NCBI GenBank assembly: GCA_002269645.1
Contig: NIVC01000591.1
Location: 62,001-126,000, forward strand
DNA length: 64,000 bases
Direction of reading: 5' to 3'
Origin: Macrostomum lignano
Taxonomy: Eukaryota
The notes beneath the pieces were generated by a model that was not told where the DNA came from, did not search any database, and saw nothing but the letters and a program-made list of their open reading frames with translations. The position numbers were made by a program, and so were the translations under genes. This document shows, one piece after another, positions 50,001 through 59,657 of this stretch; position 1 is the stretch's first letter; each line of letters opens with the position of its first letter.

Positions 50001-50760
50001 TCGGCCTTCAAATTCTTAAAGAAAATCGGCCTTCAAATTCTTAAGGAAAATCGGCCTTCAAATTCTTAAAGAAAATCGGCCTTCAAATTCTTAGGGAAAA
50101 TCGGACTTCAAATTCTTAAGGAAAATCGGCCTTCAAATTCCTAAGGAAAATCAGCCTTCAAATTCCTAAGGAAAATCGGCCTTCAAATTCTTAGGGAAAA
50201 TCGGCCTTCAAATTCTTAAAGAAAATCGGCCTTCAAATTCTTAAGGAAAATCGGCCTTCAAATTCTTAAGGAAAATCGGCCTTCAAATTCTTAAGGAAAA
50301 TCGGCCTTCAAATTCTTAAGGAAAATCGGCCTTCAAATTCTTAAGGAAAATCGGCCTTCAAATTCTTAGGAAAATCGGCCTTCAAATTCTTAAGGAAAAT
50401 CGGCCTTCAAATTCTTAAAGAAAATCGGCCTTTAAATTCTTAAAGAAAATCGGCCTTCAAATTCTTAAGGAAAATCGGCCTTCAATAAAACATCCCTCTC
50501 TGACTCAAATTTCCCAATTAACAAACCCAATCCTCAGAGCTCGCCAAGCCCTGAGTCTCTACCTGCCGCAGGAGCTCAAAGACGACTCCCTGCTCAGCCG
50601 GATGCAGCTGCAGCTGCGCGATCGTAAAACTCTGCTAGGGGTGCTGCACCTTCGCCGATTGGCTGAGCGCGTTGAGCAGCCCTGGCCGCCGGTGCCTCTG
50701 CGACCCGGGGCCGCCGCCGTGGCGCCGCTGCCCGCCTCTGCTGCCCACGGAGCTTGCTGA
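44865..50760 (+). CDS. CNOT9: CCR4-NOT subunit 9 (RCD1/RQCD1/Caf40) homolog, 314 aa, 3 exons
   Basis: Exons 44865-45086, 48536-49035, 50538-50760; 945 nt in frame. TRDSALAELSK, SNRVCNAMALLQCLAAHP, RPAEFLRLTALGVIGALAK, GSELSRTVATFVVQKVL, RLLKHVVRCY..LTDNFRARQAL...LPQELKD. Confidence 0.92.
45081..45515. repeat. ~62-nt tandem repeat containing the exon1/intron1 junction of CNOT9
   Basis: Unit TTGTCG-GTGAGT-GTGTGTTTTTATGTTGCTTTGGTTCATGATCTACCGATATGTATCGAAAAC, 7 copies. Confidence 0.92.
46020..47113. repeat. Compound (CTGT)n-(CTAT)n microsatellite
   Basis: CTGT run changes to CTAT at ~46700; recurring interruptions CTGTTCAT and CTGTGTCTAT. Confidence 0.97.
47515..48410. repeat. 16-17-nt minisatellite, CNOT9 intron 1
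   Basis: TTATGAATTATCCCTAC tandem copies. Confidence 0.95.
49125..50483. repeat. 25-nt minisatellite, CNOT9 intron 2
   Basis: GAAAATCGGCCTTCAAATTCTTAA(G/A), highly homogeneous copies. Confidence 0.97.
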
Positions 50761-50814
50761 CATGGTGGAGGCATTTAGCTTTAGTATGAGCTGACTAGTT
50801 GGTCATTTGCATGA

Positions 50815-52350
50815 AGGATCTCACTCTCCTCTCTGTCTCCTGCCTGAGATCTCACTCTCCTCTCTGTCTCCTGCCTGAGATCTCACTCTCCTCTCTGTCT
50901 CCTGCCTGAGATCTCACTCTCCTCTCTGTCTCCTGCCTGAGATCTCACTCTCCTCTCTGTCTCCTACCTGAGATCTCACTCTCCTATCTGTCTCCTGCCT
51001 GAGATCTCACTCTCTCCTCTCTGTCTCCTGCCTGAGATCTCACTCTCCTCTCTGTCTCCTGCCTGAGATCTCACTCTCCTCTCTGTCTCCTGCCTGAGAT
51101 CTCACTCTCCTCTCTGTCTCCTGCCTGAGATCTCACTCTCTCTTTGTTTCATACCTGAGATCTCTCTCTCCTCTCTGTCTCCTGCCTGAGATCTCACTCT
51201 CTCTTTGTTTCATACCTGAGATCTCACTCTCCTCTCTGTCTCCTGCCTGAGATCTCACTCTCTCTTTGTTTCATACCTGAGATCTCTCTCTCCTCTCTGT
51301 CTCCTGCCTGAGATCTCACTCTCTCTTTGTTTCATACCTGAGATCTCACTCTCCTCTCTGTCTCCTGCCTGAGATCTCACTCTCTCTTTGTTTCATACCT
51401 GAGATCTCTCTCTCCTCTCTGTCTCCTGCCTGAGATCTCACTCTCTCTTTGTTTCATACCTGAGATCTCTCTATCCTCTCTGTCTCCTGCCTGAGATCTC
51501 ACTCTCTCTTTGTTTCATACCTGAGATCTCTCTCTCCTCTCTGTCTCCTGCCTGAGATCTCACTCTCTCTTTGTTTCATACCTGAGATCTCTCTATCCTC
51601 TCTGTCTCCTGCCTGAGATCTCACTCTCTCTTTGTTTCATACCTGAGATCTCTCTCTCCTCTCTGTCTCCTGCCTGAGATCTCACTCTCTCTTTGTTTCA
51701 TACCTGAGATCTCTCTCTCCTCTCTGTCTCCTGCCTGAGATCTCACTCTCTCTTTGTTTCATACCTGAGATCTCTCTCTCCTCTCTGTCTCCTGCCTGAG
51801 ATCTCACTCTCTCCTCTTTGTCTCATACCTGAGATCTCACTCTCCCTCTTTGTCTCCTATATAAGATCTTATTCTCTCCCTCTTTGTCTCCTACACGAGA
51901 TCTCACTCTCTCCCTCTCTGTCTCCTACCTGAGATCTCACTCTCCCCCTCTACCCCCTACCTGAGATCTCACTCTCCCCCTCTACCTCCTACCTGAGATC
52001 TCACTCTCTCCCTCTCTGTCTCCTACCTGAGATCTCACTCTCCCTCTTTGTCTCCTATATGAGATCTCAGTCTCTCCCTCTGTCTCCTACCTGAGATCTC
52101 AGTCTCTCCCTCTTTGTCTCCTACCTGAGATCTCACTCTCCCTCTTTGTCTCCTATATGAGATCTCACTCTCCCTCTTTGTCTCCTATATGAGATCTCAC
52201 TCTCTCCCTCTCTGTCTCCTACCTGAGATCTCACTCTCCCCCTCTACCTCCTACCTGAGATCTCACTCATCTCTCTTTCTCCTACCTGAGATCTCTATCC
52301 CTCTTTGTCTCCCACCTGAGATCTCTATCTCTACCTCTATCTCACCCTCC
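50815..52350. repeat. ~31-nt pyrimidine-rich minisatellite 3' of CNOT9
   Basis: GAGATCTCACTCTCCTCTCTGTCTCCTGCCT with an alternating dimer variant in the middle. Confidence 0.95.
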
Positions 52351-52914
52351 CTCAGTCATTAAAGTCATTTCTAAGTAACAGTTTATAATCACAAAGCTTT
52401 TAATGAGGCTCTTTAGCGCCTTTTGCAATTAGATTCAATTTTTATTATATTTTTAACTAAATTATTGCTCAGAATTTAACTTCAGTTTCAGTCAACTTAT
52501 GCTCTTATAATTAATTGTAGTGACATCTTTTCGGACCAAATATTTGCAGTTGCTTTCAATTGAGCTTTTCAACCAGTTTTATAAAACTTTTAGTATCTTT
52601 ATAATGTATTTATAATTGTACTCTGAAATTTGCATTTTTTGTTTACATTGACGTGATTTATGGAATTGCTTGACTAATGCGTTACTAGCTGAAGTGCAAT
52701 TTATAAGTTTATGTTCAAAGTGCTCACTTCTTAGACCATGGAACATCTTCTTGATTTGCGATTGATAATCTAATTAATTACAGGTGGATTAGGAGCAACG
52801 CATTTATTTACTGGATGAAAAAAATTACTAAAACTTTTCTTAAGAGTTCAAATGTTTTTTTTCTAATTTTAAATAATCACAGTGAGAAAATATAAACTAA
52901 CAGGATATTTCTAG

Positions 52915-53530
52915 TCTGCAACCAAACTGGTGGCACGATTGCCCCGAAAATTGCGTCCCTGGCAACCAAACTGGAGCCATTTTCACCCTAAAAATAGCGT
53001 CCCATTGCAGTAGACTCTAGCAACCAACTGTCACCCCAAGAATGGCGTCCCGTGCAGTTTTGCAGAAATTTACGTCCCTAGCAACCAACTGCCGTCCAGA
53101 AATTTGCGTCCCTAGCAACCAAACTGGAGACATTGTCACCCCACAAATAGCGTCCCTAGCAACCAACTGTCAAGCAGAAATTGGCGTCCTTAGCAACCAA
53201 ACTGGAGCCATTGTTACCCAGAACTTAGCATCCTTGACAACCAAAAGGGGTCACAGAAATTGTGGGTCCCTAGCAACCAAACTGGAGCCATTGTCACCCC
53301 GAAAATAGCGTCCCTAGCAACCAACTGTCAAGCAGAAATTGGCGTCCCTAGCAAACAAACTGGAGCCATTGTCACCCCGAAAATAGCGTCCCTAGCAACC
53401 AACTGTCAAGCAGAAATTGGCGTCCCTAGCAACCAAACTGGAACCATTGTTACCCAGAACTTGGCATCCTTGACAACCAAAGGGGCATTACTAACGCCTC
53501 AAGTTACCTTGGTTAGCAACCAAAACTTGA
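52915..53530. repeat. 44+34-nt dimeric minisatellite 3' of USP gene
   Basis: CCTAGCAACCAAACTGGAGCCATTGTCACCCC... alternating with CCTAGCAACCAACTGTCAAGCAGAAATTGGCGTC. Confidence 0.9.
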
Positions 53531-53605
53531 AATTTCTTGCAACAAAACTTGCTGTGGACAATGGGAGCTCAAGTTCATCAGTTGTTCATCTCCCCGAAGA
53601 GCAAA

Positions 53606-54037
53606 TCAGCCGGGGCTGACGAGCTGCACTGGCACGCTGACGTGCTTCAGCAGGAACTCGGCTACCCGCCCCACTCCAGCCGGTTTCTGGCTCTGCCTCT
53701 CGTAGGTCCTGCCTCTGGCGCTCATCACCACTTCGTCCACCTGATGGTTGTTGACGTAGTTCACCAGGCACACTTTCACGTCGCTGCCGACCAGCTCGGT
53801 GAATCTGTAGTTGCTCAGGCCGGCCTCGCGGGCTCGATCAAACGCCGCGTCCCGGATCTTCTTAGCCCGCCGCTCCTCATCCGGGATGCTGCAGCCGGAG
53901 CTGTGCTGCAGGACGTGGACAAACATGATGGAGTCGTTGGGGTGGCGAACGTTCTCCAGGTACCAGCTGAATACCCGGGCATCGTAAGGCCCGCCGTCCA
54001 TTGGGATGAGGACAGATCTGATGATTGCTTGCGACAT
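53606..54037 (-). CDS. Universal stress protein (UspA domain), 143 aa
   Basis: RSVLIPMDG...SWYLEN...DSIMFVHV...LVNYVNNHQVDEVVMSARG...GRVAEFLLKHVSVPVQLV. The ATG sits 3 nt after an acceptor (54041); the upstream non-coding exon ends at 55445 (GTAAGT donor). Confidence 0.85.
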   Translation of the reverse strand: MSQAIIRSVLIPMDGGPYDARVFSWYLENVRHPNDSIMFVHVLQHSSGCSIPDEERRAKKIRDAAFDRAREAGLSNYRFTELVGSDVKVCLVNYVNNHQVDEVVMSARGRTYERQSQKPAGVGRVAEFLLKHVSVPVQLVSPG

Positions 54038-54084
54038 GGCCTGCGGATGGGGCGGTTTTGGATTCAACTTCTCTTTTCACCTGT

Positions 54085-55065
54085 TCAGTCACCCTTAAAT
54101 CTCACTAAGATTAAAGAATCTCCTTTAGATCTCACTAAGAGTCACCTTTAGATTTCACTAGGATCTCCCTTAGATCTCACTAAGGTTCTCCCTTAGATCT
54201 CTCTAAGAATCTCCCTTAGATCTCACTAAGGTTCTCCCTTAGATCTCACTAAGGTTCTCCCTTAGATCTCTCTAAGAATCTCCCTTAGATCTCACTAAGG
54301 TTCTCCCTTAGATCTCTCTAAGAATCTCCCTTAGATCTCTCTAAGAATCTCCCTTAGATCTCTCTAAGAATCTCCCTTAGATCTCACTAAGGTTCTCCCT
54401 TAGATCTCACTAAGGTTCTCCCTTAGATCTCTCTAAGAATCTCCCTTAGATCTCACTAAGGTTCTCCCTTAGATCTCTCTAAGAATCTCCCTTAGATCTC
54501 ACTAAGGTTCTCCCTTAGATCTCTCTAAGAATCTCCCTTAGATCTCACTAAGGTTCTCCCTTAGATCTCTCTAAGAATCTCCCTTAGATCTCACTAAGGT
54601 TCTCCCTTAGATCTCTCTTAGAATCTCCCTTAGATCTCACTAAGGTTCTCCCTTAGATCTCTCTAAGAATCTCCCTTAGATCTCACTAAGGTTCTCCCTT
54701 AGATCTCTATAAGAATCTCCCTTAGATCTCACTAAGGTTCTCCCTTAGATCTCTCTAAGAATCTCCCTTAGATCTCACTAAGGTTCTCCCTTAGATCTCC
54801 CTTAGATCTCACTAAGGTTCTCCCTTAGATCTTTCTAAGAATCTCCCTTAGATCTCACTAAGGTTCTCCCTTAGATCTTTCTAAGAATCTCCCTTAGATC
54901 TCATTAGGAGTCTCCTTTAAATCTCACTAGGATCTCTCTTAGATCTTACTGAGAATCTCCTTAGATCTCACTGAGAAGCTCCCATAGATCTCACTAAGGC
55001 TCTCCCTTAGATCTCACTAAAAATATCCTTTAGATCTCAATAGGAATCTCCTTTAGATTTCAATG
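54085..55065. repeat. 23-nt minisatellite in USP 5'-UTR intron
   Basis: TTAGATCTCACTAAGGTTCTCCC alternating with TTAGATCTCTCTAAGAATCTCCC. Confidence 0.95.
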
Positions 55066-55360
55066 AGAATCGCCCTTGAATCTCACTGAGAATCGCCTTT
55101 GGATCTCACTGAGAATCGTTCTAGAATCTCCTAAAGAACCGCCCTTGAATCTCACTGAGAATCGCCTTTGGATCTCACTGAGAATCGTTCTAGAATCTCC
55201 TAAAGAACCGCCCTTGAATCTCACTGAGAATCGCCTTTGGATCTCACTGAGAATCGTTCTAGAATCTCCTAAAGAACCGCCCTTGAATCTCACTGAGAAT
55301 CGCCTTTGGATCTCACTGAGAATCGTTCTAGAATCTCCTAAAGAACCGCCCTTGAATCTG
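55066..55360. repeat. 69-nt x4 higher-order repeat in USP 5'-UTR intron
   Basis: Exact 69-nt period built from three ~23-nt submonomers. Confidence 0.92.
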
Positions 55361-55914
55361 ACGATTAGAATCGGTAGACAACTAGTAAACTGAGTATTTA
55401 AAAGTACTTTTTGCACTGAATAGAATGCAAAAGTTGTCACTTACGAGGCTTCAGTGTGCGATGATTTTCAAAAACTTTGAGGACAAACAAAGGCTGCCTT
55501 GAAGTGTGCTGCGATCTCTACTGTACTCGAGATACAGTCCTTAGGAATCTCCCAAGCTCGAGCCTTCTCAAATATATTAGCTTACTGTTCAGTCGGCGTC
55601 TTGTGAGTTCATCCGCGAATAGGAAGAAGTCCAACTGTAAGCGGAGAGGGAGTGAAGGGAAGGAGAGCCTGGAATCCCGAGCCTTTATCCCTCCGTTTCC
55701 TCGCCACTGCCGGTTCGTGAAAGATTTTTTCGTTGATAGGGAAACTTGCACAAAAATAGGAAATTGAGTTGCGTGTCAAGGATTTATCGGCATTATTATC
55801 CTATTATACTGGCTGGGGGATGCAGAGCGTTTCTAGGGAGATAAATGAGTATTTAATGCATATCTAAAGTACATTCTGAAAGAAAAAACTTGTCATAACG
55901 AGTGGAATCCAGTT

Positions 55915-56780
55915 TTAGCATCACTAATCCCGTTTAGGTGTCACTAATCCCATTGTGGTGTTACTAATCACGTTTCGGCGTCACTAATCCTATTGTGGTG
56001 TCACTAATCCCATTTTGGTATCACTAATCCCATTGTGGTGTCACTAATCACGTTTCGGCGTCACTAATCCTATTGTGGTGTCACTAATCCCATTTTGGTA
56101 TCACTAATCCCATTGTGGTGTCACTAATCACGTTTCGGCGTCACTAATCCTATTGTGGTGTCACTAATCCCATTTTGGTATCACTAATCCCATTGTGGTG
56201 TCACTAATCACGTTTCGGCGTCACTAATCCTATTGTGGTGTCACTAATCCCATTTTGGTATCACTAATCCCATTGTGGTGTCACTAATCACGTTTCGGCG
56301 TCACTAATCCTATTGTGGTGTCACTAATCCCATTTTGGTATCACTAATCCCATTGTGGTGTCTCTAATCACGTTTCGGCGTCACTAATCCTATTGTGGTG
56401 TCACTAATCCCATTTTGGTATCACTAATCCCATTGTGGTGTCACTAATCACGTTTCGGCGTCACTAATCCTATTGTGGTGTCACTAATCCCATTTTGGTA
56501 TCACTAATCCCATTGTGGTGTCACTAATCACGTTTCGGCGTCACTAATCCTATTGTGGTGTCACTAATCCCATTTTGGTATCACTAATCCCATTGTGGTG
56601 TCACTAACCACGTTTCGGCGTCACTAATCCTATTGTGGTGTCACTAATCCCATTTTGGTATCACTAATCCCATTGTGGTGTCACTAATCCAATTGTGGTG
56701 TCACTAATCCCATTGTGGTGTCACTAATCCAATTGTGGTGTAACTTATCCCATTTGGCGTCACTAATTCAGTTTTAGTAT
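55915..56780. repeat. 20-nt minisatellite with 80-nt higher-order period
   Basis: TCACTAATC + four variant tails in fixed order (ACGTTTCGGCG, CTATTGTGGTG, CCATTTTGGTA, CCATTGTGGTG). Confidence 0.95.
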
Positions 56781-57394
56781 CACTTTCGAATTCTGTTGTC
56801 ATTAATTAATTTATTATACCACTAATCCCTTTCAGCACAAACAAATCTAGTTTTTGTTCCAATAATCAACCTTTTACGTCATTAATGTGCGTTATTAAGA
56901 GTTTCATTGTGCCAAAACATTACTTAAGAGTTTCGCATTATTTCATAATATGCAACACCTGTTGCGCAAAAGTACAACTGCAGAGATCCATTGGACCATG
57001 TTAACCTTTGCAATAACAATCGGACCACTTCTGCATTGTACAAAAGCTATTAAAAACTTAGACGATTTGGTCCAATGGAATTTTACCCTGGGAACTTGAC
57101 AGCGGCAAGTTCAAAGGCAAACTATTGAGATAATTGGCTCTCACCAGAGTGAATTGCACTTTAGCTGAACGCGGCTCGTTGCAATCATAATTTGATAGTT
57201 GACATGGCCCCACATTTTCATTTTAAAAATAGGACCGTTATGAATTTTTACTGTATTTTTTAGGACAGATTGTACTCAGGCAGTTGCTGATGGACTGGGC
57301 GCTTTCGTTGTGTCAAACTCTTAGTCAGGATGGCAGAATTCTTACCACATAACTCAGTCACTCACCCAGCCTTTCACTCATTCACAACTCACTC

Positions 57395-57915
57395 GTGACC
57401 TCATTCATAAACTCAACTCACTTATCAATTCACTCATCAATTCCCTCGCCAATTCACTCATCAATTCACTCACCAACTCACTCACCAATTCACTTACTAG
57501 TTCACTCATTAATTCCCTTATCAATTCACTCATCAATTCCCTCGCCAATTCACTCACCAATTCACTCATCAATTCACTCATCAATTCAGTCATCAATTCA
57601 CTCATTAATTCACTCATTAATTCACTCATTAATTCACTCATCAATTCACTTACCAATTCACTCATCGATTCGCTCACCAATTCACTCATCAATTCACTCA
57701 TCAATTCACTCATCGATTCGCTCACCAATTCACTCATTAGTTCACTCATTAATTCACTCATCAATTCAGTCATTCATTCACTCATCGATTCGCTCACCAA
57801 TTCACTCCTCAGTTCACTCATCAACTCACTCACCAATTCACTCATCAACTCACTCACCAATTCACTCACAGATTTACTCACTGATTTACTCATCAATTCA
57901 CTCATCAATTCACTT
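57395..57915. repeat. 12-nt minisatellite
   Basis: AATTCACTCATC / AATTCACTCACC copies. Confidence 0.92.
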
Positions 57916-58213
57916 ATTTTCGTTCATAAACTCATTATTCATACTTGTGAAAATTAATAACCTAAAATTTGATTCTTCTACGCAAATTTTTCATCTGTGA
58001 TACTAGTAAGCTACTGACCAAGAATTTGATGCATCATAAGAATATTGCCGTCTAAAAATGAAAAAAGCAGACAACAGTAAGTAAAATCTCTTTTTATTTT
58101 TCTTTTCTGCTATTAGTAGTATATTTCCACAACAATTTCGTTAAGTGTCCTTAAAAGCTCAGCACCGAAAATCTTGAACTCGGAATCAAGTTGTGAGTAA
58201 CAGATCCAGCTTC

Positions 58214-58513
58214 TCAAACTGGAATCTTGTTCTCAGACCACGGGTGCATCTCGATGTGTCCGTCCTCTGCCTCGACCAGACTCATCGGGTTTGTGTCCGG
58301 CATCATCTCGATGTGTCCGTCAATTTGCAGCAGCTTATCCAGGGTGTCCGGATCGATGTCCCAGTCTTCGTCAATCTCGTCCAGCTGGTAGTGCACTTTC
58401 TCGCCGTCAACCACGGACTCGACGAAGTCTCCGGGATGGACACCCTGGCGGGGGTTGGCGGCTGCGGCAACAGCCACCAGCAGAGCGAATAGCAGAGCAC
58501 AGAATTTGGCCAT
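58214..58513 (-). CDS. Orphan small acidic secreted protein (99 aa)
   Basis: MAKFCALLFALLVAVAAAA signal peptide, Asp/Glu-rich body, internal repeat DGHIEM x2, gene-like codon usage. Acceptor at 58528 and donor at 59125 flank a minisatellite-filled 5'-UTR intron. Confidence 0.75.
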   Translation of the reverse strand: MAKFCALLFALLVAVAAAANPRQGVHPGDFVESVVDGEKVHYQLDEIDEDWDIDPDTLDKLLQIDGHIEMMPDTNPMSLVEAEDGHIEMHPWSENKIPV

Positions 58514-58564
58514 TTTCTTGCTGTCTTCTGGAAGCAGGAATTGGAAATATTGTTTCCATTGTAA

Positions 58565-59065
58565 GGTCACACTATGGGACTGAGTGAGGTCACTCTATCA
58601 GACTGAGTGAGGTCACCCAGCTCTATCAGACTAAGTGAGGTCACTCTATGAGACTGAATGAGGTCACTCTATGAGACTAAATAAGGTCACTCTATGAGAC
58701 CGAGTGAGGTCAATCTATGGGACTGAGTGAGGTCACTCAATGAGACTGAGTGAGGTCACTCTATGAGACTGAATGAGGCCACTCTATGAGACTAAATGAG
58801 GTCACTCTATGAGAATAAGTATGGACACTCTATGAGACTTAGTGAGATCAATCTATGGAACTTAATGAGGTCACTCTATGAGACTGAGTGAGGTCACTCT
58901 TTAAGACTAAGTGAGGTCACTCTATCAGACTGAATGAGGTCACTATCAGACTGAATGAGGTCACTATCAGACTGAGTGAGGTCACCCAGCTCTATCAGAC
59001 TAAGTGAGTTCACTCTATGAGACTAAGTGAGGTCACTCTATCAGACTGAGTGAGGTCACTCCAAT
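58565..59065. repeat. 23-nt minisatellite in 5'-UTR intron of the orphan peptide gene
   Basis: GAGACTGAGTGAGGTCACTCTAT copies. Confidence 0.93.
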
Positions 59066-59657
59066 TAAGAAAATTACCCAAATACTATCAAACAGGGGCA
59101 ATAGTTGCAGAAGTTAATGACTTACCAATCAGTTTTTTTCTATCGTGTTAACCTTCCAGTCAGGCAATGAATTTCAAAGCTTGGTTTTTAAGTCTCTCTT
59201 TAATAGCCAGTCGAAATTATGTGACCCATTATATCTGAGTTATTGGAACTGCCGCAGCAGTTTTGGACCCTTGAGTCCCTTATCAGCTTCGGAGCTACTG
59301 GAGTTCTTAGGACCTGCCCGAGACAATAAAAAAACAATTACCCACTGCTAGTGAGCAAGAGGCCTTTGATTCAGCCGTGTGAATTTCAACATCATGCGAA
59401 ATTCACAATAATTGCATTTTCCTCTCTATTGGATATTTTGTCTTCGGGTTCCTGGGGGAATGCGACACCTGGCATTGGAAAGAATGGCGCCATTCTTCTG
59501 ATGGTGTCAAATGCCGCCTGATAATGCCGGGTCATAAACGCTTAATTGAGGATAAATTGAGCAGCTTTTCCGGCTCCTCAAACTTGGCTTCAAGCGAGAA
59601 CTTTCAGGGGCAATCGGATCCATACTGTTTCAAGTCCAGTCGATATTCAAGTTTGAG

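Noticed and set aside
55915-56780. CRISPR-like look (constant 9-mer plus variable part)
   Set aside because: The variable parts recur in fixed order, are only ~11 nt, there are no cas genes and the context is eukaryotic.
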